Origin: Glycera tridactyla
Lineage: Eukaryota
Length of the DNA: 64,000 nt
Direction: 5' to 3'
Assembly (NCBI GenBank): GCA_965644265.1
Contig: OZ286463.1
Span: 78,492,001-78,556,000 of the forward strand
Under the pieces are notes generated by a model. It had not been told where the DNA came from. It ran no database searches and was given only the letters and a program-made list of their open reading frames with translations. Positions 15,024-25,665 of this stretch are shown here, one piece after another. The translations under genes were made by a program, and so were the position numbers. How positions within the stretch are numbered: position 1 is the stretch's first letter; every line of letters begins with the position of its first letter.

Positions 15024-15179
15024 CAGTCCAACCTCACTATGAAGACCGACTTCGGTTACACCAGAAAGCGTCCTTTATAGGCAGTTGGTCTTTTTAGAGA
15101 GGTCATTTACACACCTGTAGCTTATAATGGCCTTTATAGAGAAACGGTCTTTTTGACAGGTGGTATTTAGAGCAGGCTG
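15024..15179. mobile_element. Degenerate Tc1/pogo-type MITE
   Basis: Starts TA-CAGTCCAACCTC and ends CAGGCTG-TA; right TIR is imperfect. Confidence 0.5.
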
Positions 15180-16014
15180 TATACATCAAGTAGCAGTGAC
15201 GAGACAAGTGAAGACAATTGATAGTGCCATGGCGATCCACTACTTAGGACGTACGTGATCCATGCAAACTCGGGTGATGTAGTCAAAAGACTAGTACGAA
15301 TAGCGATCAACTATGCTATATATTGCCTTGAGAAATGTTGATTGCATTGATCTTGCATTCTACAGTTGCGTCCTCTGGTAGTTCACAGATGAGTGTGCCT
15401 GGTGCAGATCGTATAGACGACTGAGAGCAGGGCATCACGCTAAGACTTGCCCTCAAATTTGCTGCCACGACAGGTAGTCCGACCCATGTATCTGTTCGAT
15501 GGGCAGATGACGTCGATTCAGGTGCTAAGACGACTCTACCTGCCAGGTGGTCAAGTGAAGAAAAGAGCCATTTTGTTCTTGGTTGATCATAGTTTGACGT
15601 TACGTCGGCGGCATATGTGCTATGTTGTGACCTCCATGCAATGGGCATGGGTAGGATCATTCAAATTCCCTTCTCCCGGATCCCCGACTGAATGTGAAAT
15701 CGGATGAAAGTCACAGACTCTCAAAGTCTTATTCCCGTTTAAGAGCTAATATGCAATGCTGAAAGGATAGGCCTTATACACTTCGGTCACAAATTAGAGC
15801 AGTGGCCCGATTCGCCGTTGTATACCAACACATCAGAGAACTTAATCCCACCGAGAGCTTCATGTTGTATCTATCGTGCAAGTGTGTTCCCATTCTCATA
15901 ATCCATCTGTTTGTCAATTTCAGGTGAGTTACCCTCATTCCCTGTCAGGCAATTTGATGCTGAATTTCACTCCCGTGAGTGTGTCGGATTCACTTGTTTT
16001 GTAACAACTGTTGT

Positions 16015-16125
16015 TGGTGTTGATGATGATGATGTTGCTGTTGCTGCTACTGCTACTGCTACTGCTACTGCTACTGCTACTGCTACTGCTGTTGCTGTTG
16101 CCGCCGATGCTGCTGCTGCTGTTGC

Positions 16126-16190
<65 letters not shown>

Positions 16191-16200
16191 TTGATGTGTG
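16015..16200. repeat. Compound (GCT/ACT/GAT)n microsatellite
   Basis: Direct reading. Confidence 0.95.
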
Positions 16201-19200
16201 TGAGGGGAGAGTGGCGTGTATGTGGGTGTGCATGTAGTGTGTGTGCTATGTATATGTGGATTTGTATACGCATATTTGAGCAATGAGTGAACCCGTGCAT
16301 CGTCCATAGTGACAATATGCTTTAGTTTCTTTTCCGTCAAACTTATATACCTGTGTGCGAGGCATGAAGGGTCAATGAACTTCTCGCTACCTCACACAAT
16401 CGTATCGTTGATAGAGATCAGTTGTGACAGATGATGAACTACCACCAGGTATTTACCTTCACTGAACCCTGCTCATTTCTAAAATAGGACACCACAAGAA
16501 AGTATATAGTATATCTGAAGGGCAATTAATCAAAACACGCTGATTTTACCTACTTTGGTGCATATGTTTGGTTATAAAACACTACTGCGGAGATAGACAC
16601 CATGGTTTGAACCGGGGCCCTCAGAAGCTCAGCCTAAACACCTGTATTTTCATCATCCATATCCGTCATTTGATGATCCAGTAGTCAACGTATTGAATAT
16701 ACCACTCAGTGTTAAACGCACATTCATCCCAATTTAGTTGCTATATCATTCATCAGGTGACCGTGTATTCGTTAATCTCAAATAAAAGAGTTGCCCTCGT
16801 AACTGGGATGCGGCCACCCGTGTCGTTTCGGCTCACTTCTATATCTGGCGACATCTCAGCTTACCCACACTTGTCAGACTTATCTTACATGACTATGGGT
16901 GATAGTAACTGGACACATTGTGTAGCCGTGACTAGTTGATAGGTAGGGTCACTGCCAGACGGTTGAACCAAACTGAAATCATAATGAGAGTCCATAATGA
17001 AATGAATACAACTGTTAATGTCGATTCCAACTGAAATGCCGGATATATGAGTTGTAGTGGTTTGCATGCTGGCCTAATGAACAATTACATTTTTGAGCAG
17101 GCTTTTTCAAGCTTCAGACTTTCTCATATCTCCGACAGGAACAGACACAGAGTTAATTTTATGAGCTCTGCACACTTCGAACAGTATCTCTGCCTGATGC
17201 CTGGGTGGAGTAATGGCATTGTATTTCATGCCATTTAACCTTATGTCAATGCATTGGCATCTCAGTATAGCCCATTCATGTATTGTCTTCATGGAGGCTT
17301 GCTGCTAGTGTCATAATAGTGAGTGTATATCTACCTGATATGTGAGATAACGCTCGCGCCCGGCCCATCGAGTGGGTTCATGCTGTCATGCAGCATCATT
17401 GTTCTTTTCATTCACTCTTTCACCACGATGACGTCAGATTTGGTTGTTCTAAGCATCAGCTCTTCGAATGGGAAACCGTTCTATTATGATGAAAGATATA
17501 TCTGGCCTTTTCGATGCTACTATTGCTGCTACTGATAATTCTATATATAACACATTTATTAGAAAAAATCTTTTGTACAAAAATATGTTGATTGCCATCT
17601 CACTCGTCATATCCAACAAAAATAGTTCAATTATTGTGATACATTTTCCCGCGCTCACCGCAAGCTTGATTGACGTCTCAATGTGATGCAGAAAAAGGAA
17701 TTTGACAAGTTTAATAACGCCCCATCTATTTCATCATGTATTGCAATAATGCGCGAGTTACGGCGTGTGTATCAACTTTCAAGTGTTTGTGAGAAGCAGA
17801 TTCGATCCTTCTGTCCTGTTATTTCGCTGCAGAATGATCGCAGTCAAATATCATGGTATCATGATACGCAAACCCTCTGTAGATATAGCTCATCCATATG
17901 TGTGAAAATCTAAATGATGTCAGGTTAATTGCTTCCAATTTGATCGTTCGTATCAAGGATCATATATTCCATGTACTCCTGATCTACTAGAGTCAGATGC
18001 TTTGCATGAATCGCCATCAGACACCCTGAACGCAATATGTGACAACTCAAAAGATGTCATTATCACTCGGGTATCAAGCCAAGTACGATAGGCAGCAATA
18101 CAAATAAGTCGTGTTCGAAGCTACTGTCGTGACAGCCATGTCCCCTATCAAACTCCAAGTACAAAAGGCTGAAGTACGGTATAGATGATCGGGTTGAAAT
18201 TTACCGTGTCGCAAGGCACATCTTCATGCGTTGGGGCTCCAAGACTTGTCCCTGCTTCTGCGATATAGCTGAAAACTCTGACTCCAATCCACAAATCATT
18301 TCACCTTGATTCTCGGCTAGTTATCGGCTGGTGCCTCCTTCAATTATTCCGGAAAAAAAGTTACAAATCAAGAGTATATCATGTACAAGGTCTCTTGTGA
18401 ACTGAACTGAACTGAATATCATGATGGGTTGATGGACATTTTAATTACAATTAGTTTCAAATACAGCATCTCGAATCTCGTGGTATTTAGAGCAACCAGA
18501 GGTGACCAGGGGGACGGACTTCTAGCGTTACTTAATTCCCATTCTTGATTTTGACAACATGCAAATGCCACGTACAATCTCCCGGATGCTCAAAGCAGAC
18601 TTCTTCCTCACAAATGAGGTCTGAGCTCAAAATGAACATATAAATTATTAAGCATCTGTTGCATGAGAACACCATTTAATCCCAGTAGAGAAAACTCCGC
18701 AGATGCTATCTGAGATCAAGGGAGAGTTTCAATTAAAATACTTTCAGATGGGATTAGACGTTTTGAAAATTCCAGCCAATCCCCATCATTGGATAGACGT
18801 TAGTGATATGGTCCCGAGATCTAATTGAAGAAGATTGCGTCACGCTTGACCTGTCAGATAGTTAGATGATAACACCCAGCTGTATCTTCATATCCGTTTT
18901 TATTGGCTGCCATAATTATGTTGATGACCTTCGCCATTATCTTCACAAGGGAGAAAAACAAAAAATGAACTATTAATTCGGCTATCTTTGTGAAGTCACT
19001 TGGGTGCTGTCATAGGGGATCAGAGGCCTCTTTTACTATAACAATTCGCCCCATCTGTAATATATGTGCTTTTACCTATTATGTATGGCAATGCCGAATG
19101 AACGACTGCCCAGAGAAATTATCTCAGAGTAAGATGAGAAATTATCTCGTGTTGCTTGTGAATATCACAGGAAGCGTAATCGCATCATAGCCATGCCGAG

Positions 19201-19229
19201 ATGTACCCTGAACTGCACTCAATGTTCTG

Positions 19230-19440
19230 CAGGGGAGATGAGATTAGATAAAATGAGGTGAGATGGGATGGTATGGGGTGGAATGGGGTTAGGCGGGGTG
19301 ATGTGGGTTGGTATGGTAAGTAGGCTGGGATGGGTGGTATTTTTGGGTGAAGTGGGTAGGTTCGGATCGGATTGGATGAGACGCGACGCGATGCGATGAG
19401 ATGAGATGAGATGAGATGAGATGAGATGAGATGAGAAGAA
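19230..19440. repeat. Degenerate (GAGAT/GGGAT)n pentanucleotide array
   Basis: Direct reading. Confidence 0.85.
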
Positions 19441-19779
19441 CATTATCAAACCTCGTGATAACAACTATTATAGTGAATTTGAAACCAAAATATATCCATT
19501 CATCACCATAATTCATGTTGTATTCACAGGACATTGTTGATACTTTATATTACAACAAGCCAAAATTTAGATATCATTTACTTTCACTGTATTGTGTTCA
19601 ATATGAACGTGTACAAAACGAGCTAATCTCCTGTGGGTAATTTGTAAACTCCAGGCATGCCTGCGCACGTGTGGTAAAGGAAAACGAATACAAAACAGCC
19701 TGCATGGTATTTGTGGATGGTATGAGGTTCACACAAGGTGGTGTTCTTTACGGGGTAAATACCCTTGCTAAAATTCTAG

Positions 19780-19862
19780 ATAGAAAAATCCGAGCCCACA
19801 CGAGGTCGAAGCTTCTGATTTAACACGTACTACTGACGCGATCGTGTGCTGAGCCATTTGTT
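19780..19862 (-). mobile_element. Possible tRNA-derived SINE head
   Basis: A-box-like TGGCTCAGCAC and B-box-like GCTTCGACC at tRNA-like spacing; not a complete tRNA. Confidence 0.35.
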
Positions 19863-19959
19863 AGAAATCAAAGATAGACGCCAAGAGACGTGACTTCTGT
19901 CATCAGATATTGACCTGTTCCAGGCTACTTCGATATTTTCATAACTGTCGTGTGAGCCA

Positions 19960-20005
19960 CTGGTTGATATATGCCGTTAAAACATCAATCAAATAATCAA
20001 TCAAC
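19960..20005 (-). repeat. Dispersed repeat family A, terminal stub
   Basis: (GATT)n-GTTTTAACGGCATATATCAACC only. Confidence 0.55.
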
Positions 20006-20670
20006 CTTTTCACATTATTTTGAGGACCCTTGAGCAAAAGTCTCGCATGATCTTTTTCCTGAAGCCTGAAAAATTCATTCATACAATCCACAATCAGACT
20101 TGTGAGAAAGCTGACTATAGAAGCGAAGGAGTCATCCTGGTGGGTTTTCAGGATTTAAGATGAGTAATAGCCGCTGGGAAAGTTGACACCTGCTGGGGGC
20201 ACATCCACACACCGATATTAAATATCTCTCTCATTACTCTACCCATTGTTTCCACCTTCTTCCCTCGCCACTTGTCTGAATGAATCTGGGTCTAGTGTCT
20301 CTAATGAGGATATATTGGAAGCTTTTACTGCCGCCTTTTTGATGTTTGTGAGCCTGACAACGGGGGACCGTACCATTTATGATGTTGTTGTAATTTCTTT
20401 ATTTTGTTTCGTCAATCACCAATAATGTTATACAGTACAGTAAATACAGTAATACAGTAAGGTGTAACAGCATATACCCTCATTATTAAGGGTTTTCTCA
20501 GCCTGACGAAGTAACACATGTGATAACTTTCTATTGACTCACGTGATATGAAGATGAAATAATGGATATGATATATGATGAAATGATATGAGATGAGTTG
20601 GTATGACTGGGACATATTTCTTTAATCTATATTATGTTTCTATGTAACACTTTTCTTTCCATGAAATAAA

Positions 20671-20722
20671 TTTATTTTATTTTATTTTCAGGGAAGTTTC
20701 AAGAAAGAAAATCAACATTTTC
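20671..20722 (-). other. Probable LINE 3' terminus: GAAAAT-GTTG-ATTTTC hairpin, ACTTCCCTG, (AAAAT)3 tail
   Basis: Seen directly ~150-190 nt after the ORF2 stop. Hairpin plus short-repeat tail is the usual L2/CR1-group 3' end layout. Confidence 0.55.
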
Positions 20723-20863
20723 AAAATGAGATTGGAGCAGACACAAGACCAAGTCTAGAGTTATGTTGAAAACAAAATTTCCAATCTATCTTGGATTCAC
20801 ATTTGAGGAAGTTGCTGTTCCATTTTCTGAGAAAAAATTTTCTCTATATTTATAGAAATAAAT

Positions 20864-23782
20864 TTAGATCCAAATGAAATTCTTGAGTTTATTTTTAAAT
20901 TGGTCGTGCTCCATACTCTCATAATCAGGATATTTCCTTACACAGTCATTCCACAGCTTGCTTCCTCTGTATCTAAAATTTCCTTCAGATATTCTACTAG
21001 CTGGTTGTTTTTGTTCCAGGAAGGGTCTATTCAGAGATCTAGTATGATAATGGAAATCTCTAGTATCTGCCATATATTTACATAATGGTTCATACTGAAC
21101 ATGAACATCTCCAGTAAGGATCCGATTTACATGAATCAGGGTGTGATATTGTCTACGACCATCCAGGTATGGCATATCCAGTCTTTCATGTGTTAAAGAT
21201 GACCTTGTACGTGGTTCACATTTTAAAATAATTCTCAAGGCTTTATTTTGAACCCTTTGTAATTTTGTAGAATCTGCCACACCTAGACTGTCGTAGACAA
21301 TATCACAATAATCAAAAATTGGCAAGATAAGGGTCCTGTACAGCATCAGGGACATGTTTTTACTCACTATGCCCCTGAGTCTGCCCAGGACCCCCACCCT
21401 GCTCATAGTCCGATGTCTAATGTCCTCAGCATGTTGCTTGAAACTTAAATTTCTATCCAAAATGATGCCCAAGTATTTAAAACATTCAACTTGTTCAATT
21501 TTCACTCCTTTGAAGGTGATATCAATATTACATCTTTGGGTTTGTGTACGTGTTCCAAAGACCATTATTTTGGTTTTCGACAGATTCAAGCTCAACTTAT
21601 TTCTATCTAACCAAATGCTCACATCCTTTAGTGAGTTTTCTAATTTGCGTTGAACTTGCACCGGATTTCTGTCGGATACCAAAATAGCTGTGTCATCCGC
21701 ATAGAGATTCATACTGGGACCCCTCATATAATAGGGTATGTCATTCACATATATAGTAAATAATAGGGGTCCCAGTATGGATCCCTGTGGGACTCCACAG
21801 TTGATCTCATTTTCAGTTGAGGTAAACCCATTTGCACGTACAGAACATCTACGATTTTTCAAATAGCTCGAGAGCCAGCTATTGCTCTTTTCATCAACTC
21901 CATATTGGCACATTTTCCTCAGTAGGATATCATGGTCTACCGTGTCGAAAGCTTTCTTCAGGTCCAGGAAGAGCACTCCACTGGTACATCCCTTATCTAT
22001 ATTTAAGTACAATTTATCTAGAAATTCCAATAGACATGTTCCAGTGGAGCAGCCCCCCCTGAAACCCGATTGCTCTCGACACAGTAGTCCACTACTTTCA
22101 AAATACGTAGAAATCTGTTTATGCACAATCTTTTCTAAGACTTTGCTAATAGTCGACAATAAGCTTATAGGTCTATAATTAGACTCTAGAGTTCTATTTC
22201 CAGATTTGTATAGGGGTATTATTGTAGCAGTTTTCCATTGGTCAGGGAACACTCCACCATTTATACTCAAATTAAAAATATGACAGATCAGTGGTAATAG
22301 GACTATCATACATTCTTTAACTATTTTTGCTGGCATACCATCATCTCGACTTGATTTTGTAGTTGATAAACTGTTGATAATTTCTGAGATTTCTGCCATT
22401 GTGGTAGGTTTCAGACTGAAAGTATTTTCCAGATGAATCGGGAATATGTCTAAGGGATCAATTCCATCAGTTTGTATTTTCATGCTCAGATTTTTACCCA
22501 CGTTACTGAAGAAATTGTTTAATTTCGTTGATTTCGTTTCATTATCTGTCGCATTGTCAATTTTCAAAATATCCGTCCTGCCTTTATTTTTACCCCAAAA
22601 CATATTTATTGTTTCCCATAATTTCTTGCTATCATGTTGGTTATTCAAAAACATATTGTCAATATATTGACGTTGTAGCGTTCTTTTCAATTTCTTACAT
22701 TTTTTAACTAAATTATCTTTAATTTCTTTATTTTCACTATTGTTATTTTTCTTGAAAGTGGCACAAGCTTTTTGACGATCTTTAATCAAGTCGAGATATT
22801 CACTGGTAAGCCATTTTGGCCAATTATCAGTGACCCGATGTCTTTTCAATGGAATGTTCTTATCTAAAATTTCATTCATAGTTTGATGAAATAGTTCAGT
22901 AGACTTGTTTGTATCAATAGTGGAGTAGAACTCATCCCAATTTTGTTTCAGGATATCCATTTTTAATTTTTCAAAATCTACTTTAGCAAAGTCTTTGAAA
23001 TAAACAAAACTTGACTTTCTAGAGACGGGAATTTTTTTCCTTGCTACTAAGATTAAACTATGGTCCGAAAGACCCGTCTCTAGAACCCCATGTTGGTGGT
23101 ACATCTCAGGATTGTTTACAACAATATGGTCCAATAATGACTTGCTTGTAGAGGTTACCCTTGTATATGTATCAATTAATTGTGTAAGGTTATTCAAATT
23201 CAAAAAACTGTTATAAATGCTCCCTCTATCTTGGGATTTGAAATCTATGTTCATATCCCCTATCAAAACACAATCACACAACCTTTCTGATATCATGTCA
23301 ATATAATTAGCATCCAACCAGTCAATGAAAACACCTATGTTTCCATATGGAGGGCGGTATATACTACCTATAATAATCTTTCTGGTGTTTGGTAAGATCA
23401 AATCAATCCATAATGATTCCACATCCGTAGTACAAATGGCCATGTCTGGTATTACTTGCACTTGCCTATCATTTCGTACATAAATAAGTAATCCCCCTCC
23501 TGCTAGCCTCCGACTTCCTTCATTTCGATCTGATCTTATTATATAATAACCAGAGATTTCCAATTGAGAATCTTTGTGAGAATCATTTAAAAAGGTCTCT
23601 CCTATTACCATGATGTCAATTTTCGTTTCGAGTAGTAACAGTTCGATATCATCAACTTTATTTATGAGACTTCTCACATTGAGGTATGCAATCTTTATCC
23701 CTTTGATGGTATTTATTTCACTAGCAGTTTGCCATTGTAGAGTCTTGTTTCTATATTCACGAGCACCGTGTCGTTCAGTCAT
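20864..23782 (-). CDS. ORF2: apurinic-type endonuclease plus reverse transcriptase, 972 aa
   Basis: APE motifs YLNVRSL, IGETFL, GGGLLIYV, SIYRPP, IGDMNID, LLDHI, SDHSLI. RT motifs YRPISLL, QSGFR, FLDLKKAFDTVDH, GVPQGSILGPLLF, LYADD, KYLGI. C-terminal LPIFDYCD, LQRVQNKALR and KLWN are typical of L2/CR1-group ORF2. No RNase H or CCHC tail seen. Uninterrupted frame. Confidence 0.97.
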   Translation of the reverse strand: MTERHGAREYRNKTLQWQTASEINTIKGIKIAYLNVRSLINKVDDIELLLLETKIDIMVIGETFLNDSHKDSQLEISGYYIIRSDRNEGSRRLAGGGLLIYVRNDRQVQVIPDMAICTTDVESLWIDLILPNTRKIIIGSIYRPPYGNIGVFIDWLDANYIDMISERLCDCVLIGDMNIDFKSQDRGSIYNSFLNLNNLTQLIDTYTRVTSTSKSLLDHIVVNNPEMYHQHGVLETGLSDHSLILVARKKIPVSRKSSFVYFKDFAKVDFEKLKMDILKQNWDEFYSTIDTNKSTELFHQTMNEILDKNIPLKRHRVTDNWPKWLTSEYLDLIKDRQKACATFKKNNNSENKEIKDNLVKKCKKLKRTLQRQYIDNMFLNNQHDSKKLWETINMFWGKNKGRTDILKIDNATDNETKSTKLNNFFSNVGKNLSMKIQTDGIDPLDIFPIHLENTFSLKPTTMAEISEIINSLSTTKSSRDDGMPAKIVKECMIVLLPLICHIFNLSINGGVFPDQWKTATIIPLYKSGNRTLESNYRPISLLSTISKVLEKIVHKQISTYFESSGLLCREQSGFRGGCSTGTCLLEFLDKLYLNIDKGCTSGVLFLDLKKAFDTVDHDILLRKMCQYGVDEKSNSWLSSYLKNRRCSVRANGFTSTENEINCGVPQGSILGPLLFTIYVNDIPYYMRGPSMNLYADDTAILVSDRNPVQVQRKLENSLKDVSIWLDRNKLSLNLSKTKIMVFGTRTQTQRCNIDITFKGVKIEQVECFKYLGIILDRNLSFKQHAEDIRHRTMSRVGVLGRLRGIVSKNMSLMLYRTLILPIFDYCDIVYDSLGVADSTKLQRVQNKALRIILKCEPRTRSSLTHERLDMPYLDGRRQYHTLIHVNRILTGDVHVQYEPLCKYMADTRDFHYHTRSLNRPFLEQKQPASRISEGNFRYRGSKLWNDCVRKYPDYESMEHDQFKNKLKNFIWI

Positions 23783-24478
23783 TAATGAAGATGTGATGAG
23801 AATGAAAATGAAAGTGTGAGTTTCTTAAGATGCGCTAAGTAACTTAGCCTCAAAATTGAAACAAGATGTCAATTTTTACAAAAATAAGAGAGTACATTGA
23901 TCTCTCAAAAATGTTTGCTGTGTGCCCATCCGGGCAGTTACTACAGCTATTCCAATATGAAAAATAATACAGAAGTCGTAGCCTATCAATGAGATGCGAG
24001 CTGGAATAGGTGAGAAAAAATACATGTTATTCGATTTCAGGTGTATCAGTGGTGATATATCAATGATAATATTATCGTGTTTCACATTTCTTGATACATT
24101 GTGAAATATGGGGCAACAATTCGCAAGATCCCTGCCTATACATTTTAATTGGATGTTTAAAAATTTTCAACAAATCAAGAATACAAAATACGAATAAAAA
24201 TAGAATGCAAAAAACTCAAAAGGGACACTAGATATCACTTTATGGCCAAGTGAAATTGACTGGATAACTACTTCATTCAGATACTCTCTCTTGGAGTGAG
24301 GCTCTGACTGGAAATACCACTTCAGCCAGCATTTTAGCCTCTCATCTTATATTCCTGTTGTCTACTTACTTCAGGAGTGATCATAATAAATTAGCCATAA
24401 AAATAATAAGTTCACAATATTTTTCACATTCACAGTTTCCAAAAATAACATGATAATTCGGTTATACATGGTTTAACT

Positions 24479-25135
24479 TGAAACCTTGTATCAGCTTTCA
24501 GAGAGATATGTATCAAAATAATCTCGTTATGATAATTCTAGTTAAAATTCAGCAAGAAGAGTCATATTCCATTTCCCATCTCATTTAGCAAGTAGGGGGA
24601 CCATAGGATATCCAGGAAAGCTCCCTTTTGCATATAGGTTTGGGAAATGTTGGCTGACTTTTAAAATAGATTACTATTTCTAGAATGATGTTGCAAAAAC
24701 ATCTGATATTCTTCCAAAGGAAAGAAAAGACAAGAATTCGATTCCAGATTCTTCTCATAAAATAGCTGGTCACGTCTAAATCTCATCTACAATAATTCTA
24801 GATGGTACGCAGTTTCATCATTTAGAAAAAATATATGAAAAATAATAGCTGATCTCATTTATAACTCATCTACAATAGGTGGAAACTTGTAACAGCTTTC
24901 AAAGAAAAATATAGATAAAGATAATCACGTATGATAAAGCTAGGTAATTTCAGCAAAGAAGAGTCTGTCTCCATATTCCATCTCATACTGCAGGTAGGGG
25001 GACCATAGGATATACAGGAAAAACTCCCTGTTGCATTATGGTTTGGAGAATGTTCACAGACTTTTGAAGAAATGGTTATTTTCTGAAAAAGATTTTCTCA
25101 TTTTCTCATTCTACAAAATCATCTTATATTTCAAA
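24479..25135. repeat. Two diverged ~250 bp direct repeats (about 24479-24725 and 24882-25135) in the LINE spacer
   Basis: Aligned by eye. Shared core GTAGGGGGACCATAGGATA-[TC/TA]-CAGGAAA, plus GAAAC(C)TTGTA.CAGCTTTCA and CAGCAA(A)GAAGAGTC. Confidence 0.85.
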
Positions 25136-25665
25136 GGCAATAGATTCTTTTCAAAAAACAATCTCGTGGTGTACCATTTCTAACTTGAAAGTAATCACCG
25201 GTTTCCATATATCCATAATAAAGGAAATAAAAGTAACTAAAATAGTGGATGATGTTGAAAAGGGGTTGGCAACAATATTTCTCACCTTGAGGACAAGCCA
25301 TGTGCTCCATTTCAATCTGTTAATTTAAAGCTAGAGTATTCACTCTAGGTCCTGCCCCCATTCAATCTGGTGGACCACTGCATATGATAGGAGCATGTGA
25401 GTATGAGGACAGGAATTAGGATTCATGTATAGAACCCCTTAACCAAATTAGAATTTCTTCCAATGCTCATGGCCCTTGTTCTCAAGAAGATACTTTCATA
25501 CTGCTCATTGATGTCTTCCTACAACAATGCAAAAATTGCAATTATTACAATTATCAATAATTCAAAATGAAAATGAACATGAACATACATACAGTCATCT
25601 CAGTTATACTCAACTAGACAAGCCAAGATTCACGCCAGATGACATCCAAAAACTAGCCCACGATA

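Noticed and set aside
20006-20400. Short minus-strand ORFs (45, 32 and 47 aa) downstream of ORF2 as accessory genes
   Set aside because: Lengths are within chance range, frames do not join, and there are no motifs.
24170-24347. 59-codon AUG-less frame (DERLKCWLKWYFQSEPH...) in the LINE spacer
   Set aside because: No start codon or in-phase acceptor; the second half is just T-rich sequence.
24590-24625. ATGGTCCC match to the HDV ribozyme 5' segment in the duplicated core
   Set aside because: The P1/P1.1/P2/P3 pairings could not be built by eye; kept only as an Infernal test.
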